Source: a virus (lineage: Duplodnaviria > Caudoviricetes). From it: a stretch of 56,944 bases of DNA. Shown here one piece after another: positions 1-8,600 of the stretch. The notes below the pieces were generated by a model, which saw only the letters and a program-made list of their open reading frames with translations, did not search any database and was not told the origin of the DNA. The translations under genes were made by a program, and so were the position numbers. How positions within the stretch are numbered: position 1 is the first letter of the stretch; each line of letters starts with the position of its first letter. Location of the stretch: positions 1 through 56,944 of IMG/VR virus record IMGVR_UViG_3300030376_003596; one strand, written 5' to 3'.

Positions 1-1
1 A

Positions 2-1087
2 GTTAAGATATCCAAGAACACCATTACCACCATAGACTACATGGACTTGGGTGGATACGTTTGGAAAGACCATGTTATAAATAGAAACTTTACACAGTGC
101 AGTGTAATCAACTGCGACTTCAAACAATTTGTTAGCAATATATGTAAGCAAGACTCAAGTCGTGCCACATCCATGGAGTCTACACTTGGATACATGATGC
201 ATGGATATAAGAACTTAAGTTACTGTCCTGCTATCATCTTAAATGATGAGGTAATATCAGAGAACCCTGAAGGTGGCACAGGCAAGGGATTGTTTATGAA
301 TGCCATGCAGAAGATGAAGAAGGTGGTAGTGATTGATGGTAAGTCGTTTGCATTTGAAAAGAGTTTTGCGTACCAACTTGTATCGGCAGACACGCAGATA
401 CTTTGCTTTGATGATGTGAAGAAACACTTTGACTTTGAGAGATTGTTCTCGGTTGTAACTGAGGGACTGACACTTGAGAAGAAGAACAAGGACGCTATCA
501 AGATACCATTCTCTAAGTCCCCTAAGATTGCCATCACTACGAACTATGCAATCAAGGGTGCAGGTAATTCATTTGCAAGGAGGAAGTGGGAGTTGGAGTT
601 ACACCAACACTATTCAAAACATTACACTCCTCTTGATGAGTTTGGTAAGTTAATGTTTGGGGATTGGGATGAGGAAGAGTGGTGTGTTTTCGACAACTAC
701 ATGATAGGTTGTTTACAACTTTACTTAGATAAAGGATTAGTTAAAAGTGACTTTGTTAATCTAAAGATTAGACAGTTGTCAGCAGAGACTTGCCATGATT
801 TTATTGAGTGGTGTGGTTTAGTTGATGGGCAACCTGGAAACAATTCATTACGAGACAATGAGAAGTTATATAAGCAGGAGTTGTACTTTGATTTCATATC
901 CGAGAATCCTGACTATGGACCAAAGGCTAAGATGACTATCAGTAGAACAACCTTCTATAGATGGTTAAAGTCTTATGCATTATATAAGTATCAAGTAAGT
1001 CCGAGGGAGGGTAGAGATAGTAATGGAAGATGGATAGTCTTTCAGAGAGTACAAGACGTAGAACAAACTTCAAGCCTTCCGATATGA
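2..1087 (+). CDS. Primase-helicase, C-terminal P-loop NTPase part (continuation of 55615..56944)
   Basis: Frame open from position 2 (VKISKNTITTIDYMDLGGY...); Walker A GGTGKG, Walker B ILCFDD and ITTNY motif typical of SF3-like primase-associated helicases. Confidence 0.85.
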   Translation, partial: VKISKNTITTIDYMDLGGYVWKDHVINRNFTQCSVINCDFKQFVSNICKQDSSRATSMESTLGYMMHGYKNLSYCPAIILNDEVISENPEGGTGKGLFMNAMQKMKKVVVIDGKSFAFEKSFAYQLVSADTQILCFDDVKKHFDFERLFSVVTEGLTLEKKNKDAIKIPFSKSPKIAITTNYAIKGAGNSFARRKWELELHQHYSKHYTPLDEFGKLMFGDWDEEEWCVFDNYMIGCLQLYLDKGLVKSDFVNLKIRQLSAETCHDFIEWCGLVDGQPGNNSLRDNEKLYKQELYFDFISENPDYGPKAKMTISRTTFYRWLKSYALYKYQVSPREGRDSNGRWIVFQRVQDVEQTSSLPI

Positions 1088-2313
1088 TAGAGTATAGAGA
1101 TTATCAATTAGCAATTATAGAGTTAGGAACATCTATAATCCAAGTCCATGGCTTCTTGTATCTTGCGATGGAGGTAAGGACAGGTAAGACGCTAACAAGT
1201 CTAGGTATTTGTGAACAACTGAATGTGGAAAATGTATTGTTCTTAACCAAGAAGAAAGCGATCAGTTCTATAACTTCAGACTTTGATATGATGTGTCCTG
1301 CTAACTTTGTATTATTTACAATCAACTACGAGAGTATGCATAAGCTACCCGATGTTAAGTGGGATGTAATAATATGTGATGAGGCACACAGTCTTGGTGC
1401 ATTTGCTAAGCCAAACAATAGAGCAAAAGCTGTGAAGGCTTTGATCCAAAAACACAGGAGTCGTGTCATCCTGATGTCGGGAACGCCTACACCTGAGTCA
1501 TACTCACAGATGTATCACCAGGTGTATGGTATTCCTAACAATCCATTCAAGGAATACAAAAACTTTTATAAGTTTGCTCATGACTATGTGAAAGTAACAC
1601 AACGCAGAATCAACGCATTGCTCATTAACGACTACTCTAATGGACTTAAAACAATTTTAGATAGGATGAGTCCATATACTATCCGTTTCTCTCAGGAGAA
1701 CGCAGGATTTAAAGTCAAGACTACCGAGAAAGTTTTAGAGGTAGAGATGGAGGAGGACACATATAAGATTGCCAAGCGATTACAAAAGGATTTGGTAGTG
1801 GAAGGGAAGGAGCAGATAATACTTGCCGACACCCCTGTAAAGTTGATGATGAAACTGCATCAGATATTCTCAGGGACTGTGAAGTTTGAGTCCGGTCATT
1901 CCATGGTCATGGACTTTAGCAAGGCTGAGTTTATTAAGAAGCATTTCAAAGGACAGAAGATTGGAATCTTCTATAAGTTCAAGGCAGAACTTGCTGCACT
2001 TAAACAAGTGTTTGAGGATGGATTAACCACAGAGTTGGAGGAGTTTAACACCACTGATAAATGTATTGCATTACAAATTGTAAGTGGACGAGAGGGAATC
2101 TCTTTGAAGAAAGCACAAGCACTTGTATATTATAACATTGACTTTAGTGCCACCTCGTATTGGCAGAGCAGAGATAGGATGACCACCAAAGATAGGCTAC
2201 ACAACGATGTGTATTGGGTTTTTGCTAGGGGTGGTATTGAGAGACAGATATATAAAGCAGTAACCAAGAAGAAAGATTATACTATTAACCATTTTAAAAA
2301 AGATTTCAAATGA
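1084..2313 (+). CDS. SF2 (SNF2/DEAH-like) helicase
   Basis: Motifs EVRTGKT, ICDEAH, SGTP, REGISL, QSRDR; ATG 1084 overlaps upstream stop. Confidence 0.85.
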   Translation: MIEYRDYQLAIIELGTSIIQVHGFLYLAMEVRTGKTLTSLGICEQLNVENVLFLTKKKAISSITSDFDMMCPANFVLFTINYESMHKLPDVKWDVIICDEAHSLGAFAKPNNRAKAVKALIQKHRSRVILMSGTPTPESYSQMYHQVYGIPNNPFKEYKNFYKFAHDYVKVTQRRINALLINDYSNGLKTILDRMSPYTIRFSQENAGFKVKTTEKVLEVEMEEDTYKIAKRLQKDLVVEGKEQIILADTPVKLMMKLHQIFSGTVKFESGHSMVMDFSKAEFIKKHFKGQKIGIFYKFKAELAALKQVFEDGLTTELEEFNTTDKCIALQIVSGREGISLKKAQALVYYNIDFSATSYWQSRDRMTTKDRLHNDVYWVFARGGIERQIYKAVTKKKDYTINHFKKDFK

Positions 2314-2507
2314 CAAAGGACGAACAAATTAAGAGACTAAATAAACTTCTTCACACCAAGGAAGAGAAGATCGGAGAACTAATGAGACTCAAGGTTGAGT
2401 TAACCAACTCGGTCAACTATTATGCAGCACAAGTACACTACCTGAAGAACGAGTTAAAAAAACAAGAGGCTCAGATTTTAGTGGGTAAGATTGCTGATAA
2501 ATTTTAA
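2310..2507 (+). CDS. Hypothetical coiled-coil protein
   Basis: ATGA overlap with helicase stop; heptad-like sequence. Confidence 0.6.
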   Translation: MTKDEQIKRLNKLLHTKEEKIGELMRLKVELTNSVNYYAAQVHYLKNELKKQEAQILVGKIADKF

Positions 2508-2538
2508 AAACAATTTTGTAACTTTATAATAATTAAAT

Positions 2539-2730
2539 ATGAAAAAAGTAGGTAGCTTAGAAATAACAAGATATAACTATGAACTAATAGATGGTGAACC
2601 CAAGATTGTAATCTCCATGGTAAAAGTTTTAGACCAGGAAGGGGGGTACATTAAGTTCGCTAAACTAAAAGATGTTGAACCATACCTATCTTTGTATACT
2701 GTTAACTTTAAAAATAAAAAAAATGATTAA
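2539..2730 (+). CDS. Hypothetical protein
   Basis: A-rich start context, co-oriented in operon. Confidence 0.6.
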   Translation: MKKVGSLEITRYNYELIDGEPKIVISMVKVLDQEGGYIKFAKLKDVEPYLSLYTVNFKNKKND

Positions 2731-3040
2731 AGAAAATTTCACAAGTGCTAAGGAGCTGAGTAAAACTATAGGAACTCACAGCTATAAAGAAATAATGAAA
2801 GCAGCTAACGCTCTTGAAGGAAAGTATGGACACCCTATACAAAGAAGACAGCTAGGAATAAAGCACCCTTGGATTGGTATTGTTGAGGGTAAAAACAATA
2901 AGAGTATAGACACAATGTTTCATAACGACTTCATTGTTAACATATTAAAATGCTTAAATGGTATTGAACTAGATGTTACAAAAAAACCATACAGTAAAGA
3001 GGCAAAGCTAGAAGATGACCGAGCAACAAATCCAATCTAA
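2723..3040 (+). CDS. Hypothetical protein
   Basis: ATG 2723 after A-run, overlapping upstream stop. Confidence 0.55.
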   Translation: MIKENFTSAKELSKTIGTHSYKEIMKAANALEGKYGHPIQRRQLGIKHPWIGIVEGKNNKSIDTMFHNDFIVNILKCLNGIELDVTKKPYSKEAKLEDDRATNPI

Positions 3041-3257
3041 ACGAATCAAACAACTTGAAGCTGAAGGATACTACGTTATTAAGTTAGTCAAGACTAACAA
3101 GAATGGAATACCTGATCTCGTTGCCATACCAAAGGACAGCGAGGTCTTATTCAGTGAAGTGAAGACACCCAAAGGGAAGGTGTCTAAGTTACAGGAGTAT
3201 AGATTAAAAGAACTAAAAGACCATGGATGCAGAACAGAAATATATAGAGGAGGATGA
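3015..3257 (+). CDS. VRR-NUC domain endonuclease (resolvase-like)
   Basis: TEQQIQ...GIPDL...EVKTPKGKVSKLQ, the PD-(D/E)XK VRR-NUC signature. Confidence 0.85.
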   Translation: MTEQQIQSKRIKQLEAEGYYVIKLVKTNKNGIPDLVAIPKDSEVLFSEVKTPKGKVSKLQEYRLKELKDHGCRTEIYRGG

Positions 3258-3576
3258 TGGGCACTTCGAGATTGATGAGAGATTCTTAGATGACATGAAA
3301 CTTATTGGATTGGATTACTCAATAGAGATAGCAGGTCTGATAGACTTGAACGCTTACTTCCTCCCTGAGAAAGACCGAAAGGTTCAGAAGGTAGGTGGTG
3401 TAGTTAAGTTTGAAGAGCCATTGTTTTTTGAAATAGAATATTATAAACCTGTGGAGGGGATACCAATCTACATATCCATGAAGGAGATTGATGTAGATGA
3501 TTACTTAGATTACATAAACTTAAATCAAATTTTTAAACATGAGAACATACAAGATAACGCACACCAAACTAATTGA
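3223..3576 (+). CDS. Hypothetical acidic protein
   Basis: Tightly packed ORF in operon. Confidence 0.6.
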   Translation: MDAEQKYIEEDDGHFEIDERFLDDMKLIGLDYSIEIAGLIDLNAYFLPEKDRKVQKVGGVVKFEEPLFFEIEYYKPVEGIPIYISMKEIDVDDYLDYINLNQIFKHENIQDNAHQTN

Positions 3577-3826
3577 AAGTGAATACGATACTTCAAAGAA
3601 GGTATACGATACCACCCACTACACCATTGTTCATGCCGAGAATAAGGAGCAGGCTATTGAAAAGGTTAAGCCTGAGATAGTGTTACACATAGAAGATAGA
3701 GGATCAAAGAAAGAAGATATATTTAATGAGTGGTGGGAAACCTGGAGTAATAAAGCAAAGAAACACAAGGAAGATATCCTATATGAGATAAGAAAAATTA
3801 AATCTCCTTCGCAAAATAAAAAATAA
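3539..3826 (+). CDS. Hypothetical protein
   Basis: Tightly packed ORF with TTTTAAAC-ATG start context. Confidence 0.6.
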   Translation: MRTYKITHTKLIESEYDTSKKVYDTTHYTIVHAENKEQAIEKVKPEIVLHIEDRGSKKEDIFNEWWETWSNKAKKHKEDILYEIRKIKSPSQNKK

Positions 3827-3875
3827 TTACTATATTTATAGCCTCATATGTTTTAAATAGCGGTTTATCCGATAG

Positions 3876-3903
3876 AAGGGATGGTAAGTCATCCCTTTTT
3901 TTT
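3876..3903 (+). terminator. Rho-independent terminator
   Basis: AAGGGATG-gtaagt-CATCCCTT hairpin followed by T-run. Confidence 0.8.
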
Positions 3904-3919
3904 ATGCCTATAATTTTTC

Positions 3920-4273
3920 TTTACCCATCATGCAAATAATTTACCCATTGTTTGGGGATAATTTATGTCTTGCCCCTAAATGGGCAGGCTGAAACCCTTA
4001 TAAACACTAACCATGTTATAGTCTTGCCCCTAAATGGGCAAAGTTTGGAGTGGTTTGGAGTGGTGTTGAGTCCAAACTATTTCTGTGTTCAGATTCTTAA
4101 ACAAAATTGTTCAGATTCTTGGACACGATACCGTATCTTTTTGGGTACGACACCGTATCTTTTTATCATTAGGGGGAAATAAAAGTTGGGAAAGTTGGGA
4201 ACAGTTGGGAAAAACCCAAACTTTTTATAATAAAAGTTTGATTTGTTTGATGTAGTTTGATTAAAATCAAACT
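3920..4273. repeat. Intergenic mosaic array of seven short repeat families
   Basis: TTTACCCAT x2; GTCTTGCCCCTAAATGGGCA x2; GTTTGGAGTG x2 plus inverted TCCAAACT; TGTTCAGATTCTT x2; ACGAYACCGTATCTTTTT x2; AGTTGGGA x3 plus CCCAAACT; GTTTGAT x3 plus inverted ATCAAAC. Confidence 0.9.
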
Positions 4274-4304
4274 ATTTGCTATTGTAACCTATCTTTTTAT
4301 TTAG

Positions 4305-4312
4305 TATATTTG
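4305..4312 (+). promoter_or_regulatory. Bacteroidetes-type -7 promoter box
   Basis: TATATTTG (TAnnTTTG) with upstream TTG, 10 nt before ATG 4322. Confidence 0.65.
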
Positions 4313-4321
4313 TGTACACTC

Positions 4322-4513
4322 ATGAATACAAGTGCGGTAGAACGGGAACGCTTAAATCATATTAACATTATGATGAAGGGTCTGCACGAAAAGAATAATC
4401 AAATTTACGAACACTTAATAGACCGGGAATACGAGCAACTAAAGTCTGTCCTCAAGGAACAGATTGGTGAGCTGAAAGTTTTATTAGATTCGTTAGAAGA
4501 TGAAATCAATTAG
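4322..4513 (+). CDS. Hypothetical helical protein
   Basis: ATG after promoter; overlaps next gene. Confidence 0.6.
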   Translation: MNTSAVERERLNHINIMMKGLHEKNNQIYEHLIDREYEQLKSVLKEQIGELKVLLDSLEDEIN

Positions 4514-5210
4514 ACCAAGACTCCAAGGAAAAAGATTGGAGGCTTTTAAAAACCTAAACAAAAAAGAGAGAAGGATTCTAGTGATAGGAGACTTACACGC
4601 ACCCTTCATCCAGGATGGGTACTTTGAATTTTGTAAATACATTTATAATATTTATAATTGTAATCACGTAATATTCATAGGAGATATTATAGACAACCAC
4701 TATGCCTCATTTCATTCAACCGACCCGAATGGGATGAGTGGTGGTGATGAACTTAGTGCAGCCATCAAGGTGTTAAAGCCATGGAAAGAAACCTTTAAGA
4801 AGGCAGATGTAATAGTGGGCAACCATGATCGCATGATAATGAGGAAGGCTTTCTCATCTGCTATACCTAAGCAGTGGATCAAATCTTATAACGATGTGCT
4901 TGGAACTAAATGGAATTGGAAAGATAGAATAGTATATGACAAGGTGCAGTATGTACATGGAGAAGGAGGGACAGCTAGGACTCGTGCCAAGAACGATATG
5001 TTTTCCACGTGCCAGGGCCATATACATACCCAGGCCTACGTGGATTGGACCTGTGGCACAAATGAAAAAATATTTGGAATGCAGGTAGGATGTGGTCTCG
5101 ATAGAACCTCATATGCCGCTGCTTATGCCAAGAACTTTAAGAAGCAGGCGATAGGAGTTGGGGTTGTAATAGGTGGTCACACTGCAATAAATTGTATGAT
5201 GGACGTATGA
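4500..5210 (+). CDS. Calcineurin-like metallophosphoesterase
   Basis: GDLH, GDIID, GNHD, HG and GHIH motifs. Confidence 0.9.
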   Translation: MKSIRPRLQGKRLEAFKNLNKKERRILVIGDLHAPFIQDGYFEFCKYIYNIYNCNHVIFIGDIIDNHYASFHSTDPNGMSGGDELSAAIKVLKPWKETFKKADVIVGNHDRMIMRKAFSSAIPKQWIKSYNDVLGTKWNWKDRIVYDKVQYVHGEGGTARTRAKNDMFSTCQGHIHTQAYVDWTCGTNEKIFGMQVGCGLDRTSYAAAYAKNFKKQAIGVGVVIGGHTAINCMMDV

Positions 5211-5620
5211 GGTTTGAAACCAAAGATGATATTGAAAGAGAACGCAAAGCCATTAAAGTTTATGTAAAACTTTTTGGTGGGTCATTTGAAAAACTTGGAG
5301 AACATGATATTGATTATAAGGTATTTAATAAGGATGGAGAACTTAAAGGCTACGTTGAAGTCAAGGGACGCAATAGAAAAATAAGCAAAGCCTTTCCTCT
5401 ACCTGTAGCTGCTCGTAAGTTAGTTAAACTAGCAGACAAAAGATTCAATCCTATAATGCTATGGGCGTGTGAGGATGGAATCATTTACTCTCCTGTTGAA
5501 AACCTGAAGGGAGATATACGATGGGGAGGTAGACCTATCCGGGATGGAGCACCCAATGACAATGAACTCATGGCATACTTTCCCTTTACAAAAAAATTTA
5601 GATACGTTAGGTTTCGTTAA
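5207..5620 (+). CDS. Putative PD-(D/E)XK nuclease-like protein
   Basis: IDY...VEVKGR motif; ATGA overlap. Confidence 0.55.
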   Translation: MRFETKDDIERERKAIKVYVKLFGGSFEKLGEHDIDYKVFNKDGELKGYVEVKGRNRKISKAFPLPVAARKLVKLADKRFNPIMLWACEDGIIYSPVENLKGDIRWGGRPIRDGAPNDNELMAYFPFTKKFRYVRFR

Positions 5621-5623
5621 GTA

Positions 5624-8600
5624 TTATCTCTCCTCTCTTTCTTCTCTCTCTTTTCTTTCTTCTCTCTCGTCTGTTCTCTCTGTTCTCTCTTCTCTCTCTC
5701 CTTTTTTAATTTTATTATATTCTTTATACACTTCTTTTTGAGCAGCCTTATTAACATCCTTAAAGAAAGGCATTAAGTTTAACATACCTAAGGCTTGTAA
5801 CCCTATTAGCACACGCTGAGGATTTACATCTACCTTTGTAAAATATAAATCAACCTCTCCTATTTTTTTCTTTTCACTTACCTCTTTACCCCATTCTTGA
5901 ATTATTTTTCCTGTTATTTTAGCCATAACAGAATATGGTCCTGTTAACTTAGTAATCTGTTGATAAGGGTCTCTACCTTGTACCTTTTCCTTTTCTGTAG
6001 GTTTAGTATATGGAGAAAATCCTATGGCATCTTTGTAAGGATCATACTCTCCCTCTCTTAAAGACTGTCCATACTTTTCATTAAAGTATTCAGTACCCAC
6101 ATAAGGATTATTAATTATACCCCTTACTACTTGTCCATAAGACCTACCAAATAATAAAGTATTAACTGTAGATACTGCTCCTTGAGCAATTTGTTTTTCT
6201 ATATCTTTTTCTTCTTCCTCATCCTCGATGTCAAAGCCAAACATCTCTCTCATCAAGTCGGCATATATATTACTTAACACTCCTACAAAAGAACTATATA
6301 ATATCATTCGTGTAGTTGTCGCTGCTAATAGTTGCCCTGCTTTTATTCTTGATATTTCTCCTCCTCTTAGCAAAACATCGACAGCAAGTCTAGTATTTTC
6401 ATACTCTACAAGTAAGAACCTCAACATAAACCTATCCACATTTTTATATATCTTTTTACCAAGATTATCATCTTGGCGTTTAACATTTTTAAGAATACCC
6501 ATGAAAGGATTATCTGTTGCACCACTGAAGAAGGAATCTCTATCAGCTATTTTAGTAGCCTCTTGTAGTGCCTCCTTGTTAGCATTCATATACGCCTCAT
6601 CATTTTGTTCTATTTTCTTAAAGTCTATATCTTTACCTGTAAGTTTTTTAAATTCCCTAGCAAGTGTACCATACCATAAAGGTCTCATTACTGCTTTATC
6701 AGGAGCACTAATCATTGTATCCGCTAGTATTTCTAGTCCCTTTCTAGGTGCAGAAAGGAAAATTGATATTTGTTTAGCTCTATTACCTACTTCTGTTCTT
6801 ACCTTTTTATTTCTTACCCCCATGTTTGATTGGATAAGTCCTGGCTCTATCATTCTTCCCGTTAATGGGTCACCATATAAACGCTGTTGTTGTTTAGAGT
6901 TTAACCTTCTTATTATGGTTGCTTGATCTACACTACTTAAATCTTTTGTAACTATTTTAAGACCCTTCTTAAATCCTAAAGGATTTATTACGGCAGCATT
7001 AAGTAAGTTTACACTTGTTTCTAATCCCATTCTTGGAACACCTGCTAACATACTACGATAACCTGTCTTTGCTAGGTATGTAAAAATTTCATCTCCAACA
7101 CTTGAGTTATTAAGTCCTCGTCCAACAACATCCTCAACTACCTGCTTGTATGCCATCTCCACACCATCAAATATTTCTCTAACCTCTCTGCTTTCACCCT
7201 TCAAGTCTTCCTTCATTTTAGTTAGGGTCATGTTGGTTTCTCTAATCACAGGAGTCATGTGGTAATCAAGTAGTGTCATTCTAGCACCTCGTTTCGTTGC
7301 ACCAAACGGATCAAAGTTTAATGCTCTTGATCCTGTTTCACGACTCTCTATGGTTTTAGCTTTAGTAGAAACACTTGTTCCTCTTATATAATCATTGAAC
7401 TCTTTATTGTCCTCTTTGTAAGGATTGTCTGACTGTTGTGTCCAATGGTGGATATAGTTTACAATAGGTTTTATTATTTGCCCTTGTATAACTCCTGCAG
7501 TATACTCTGCTTTTTCTGTTAACCCTGTATTAACTTCGTCAATAACTTTTATAGCATTTCTTTCTGCTCTATTTAAACTTTTGTATATCGTCTTCGCCTC
7601 AATCTCTCCATCAGCATTACTATACTTTTTTAGTACCTCCTCTAACATCTTTGCCTCTCGCTGATCTGACAACTCACTTTTACCTTTATAAAATTCAATA
7701 GTATCTTTTAGATAAGATGCCGCAGAATAAACCTCTCCCTTTCTTCCAGGATTGGATTCGAACTCTCGTTGTAAAAGATAAGTCATAAGAACAGTCTGTG
7801 ATTTTTTTATACTGTTCGGATTATACTTATACTTCCACATGATTTTGTTTAATGCCTCATCAAGTTTTTTATCTACAAGAGCTTGATCGGTTTCCTGATT
7901 GCTGTAAGCCTTTGCACTACCCTCAAATATGTTTTCAAAAATAGGTTTGCCTTTACGGTTTCCTAGTACAAGGTCAATGTAATTAAGTGAGCCTGTAGAT
8001 ATAAGTTGGTATACATTGTTTTTTCTTTTGCTAGTTTTACCACTTAATGACTTATTAATAGTTGCTCTAATTTTTTTAGCACTTACAATGGAACTAAAAG
8101 GTTTTGAAGTTTTAACTGCCTTGTTGGTCACCTTGCTTTTGTTAGCTGCATTAATTTTGTACACCATAACTTGTGCTAAGTGTGGAAGCCATCCATTATT
8201 AATGTTGTCGATAACTTGTTGCAATCTTTTTAAATCTAAATTATCTAGTTCTTTAATACCATCAGACTTAATTAAATTATTTAATGTCTTGGCAAGTTTT
8301 CTTTCGTCTCTTGTGGTTAGCTTCTCGCTATTTATTTCACTGTCTTTAATCTCTTCTTCTAGGATTTCTTTTTCAATTCGTTGTTCCTCTTCTTTTAACG
8401 CAATCTCTTCTTTAGTTTTAGGAGCAGGTGGTGGAAGTATTTCTTTCTTATACTTCATCATTTCCTCTCCTTGCTTTTGACTGATAACTTTTTGTTCAAC
8501 CAATTTGTCAACAGTCTTTTTATAATTTAAAGTACCATCCTCGTTTTTAACATTGGTATCCAATATATTATCCTCAATCAACATGGCATAGGCAGGTATT

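Noticed and set aside
3952-4182. 76-aa ORF across the repeat array
   Set aside because: Non-ATG start; the peptide simply mirrors the DNA repeats (VLPLNGQ twice); lies between a terminator and a promoter
3920-4273. Bona fide CRISPR array
   Set aside because: No repeat occurs more than 2-3 times with unique spacers of constant length, and there are no cas genes; only a speculative repeat-like unit is kept as a finding
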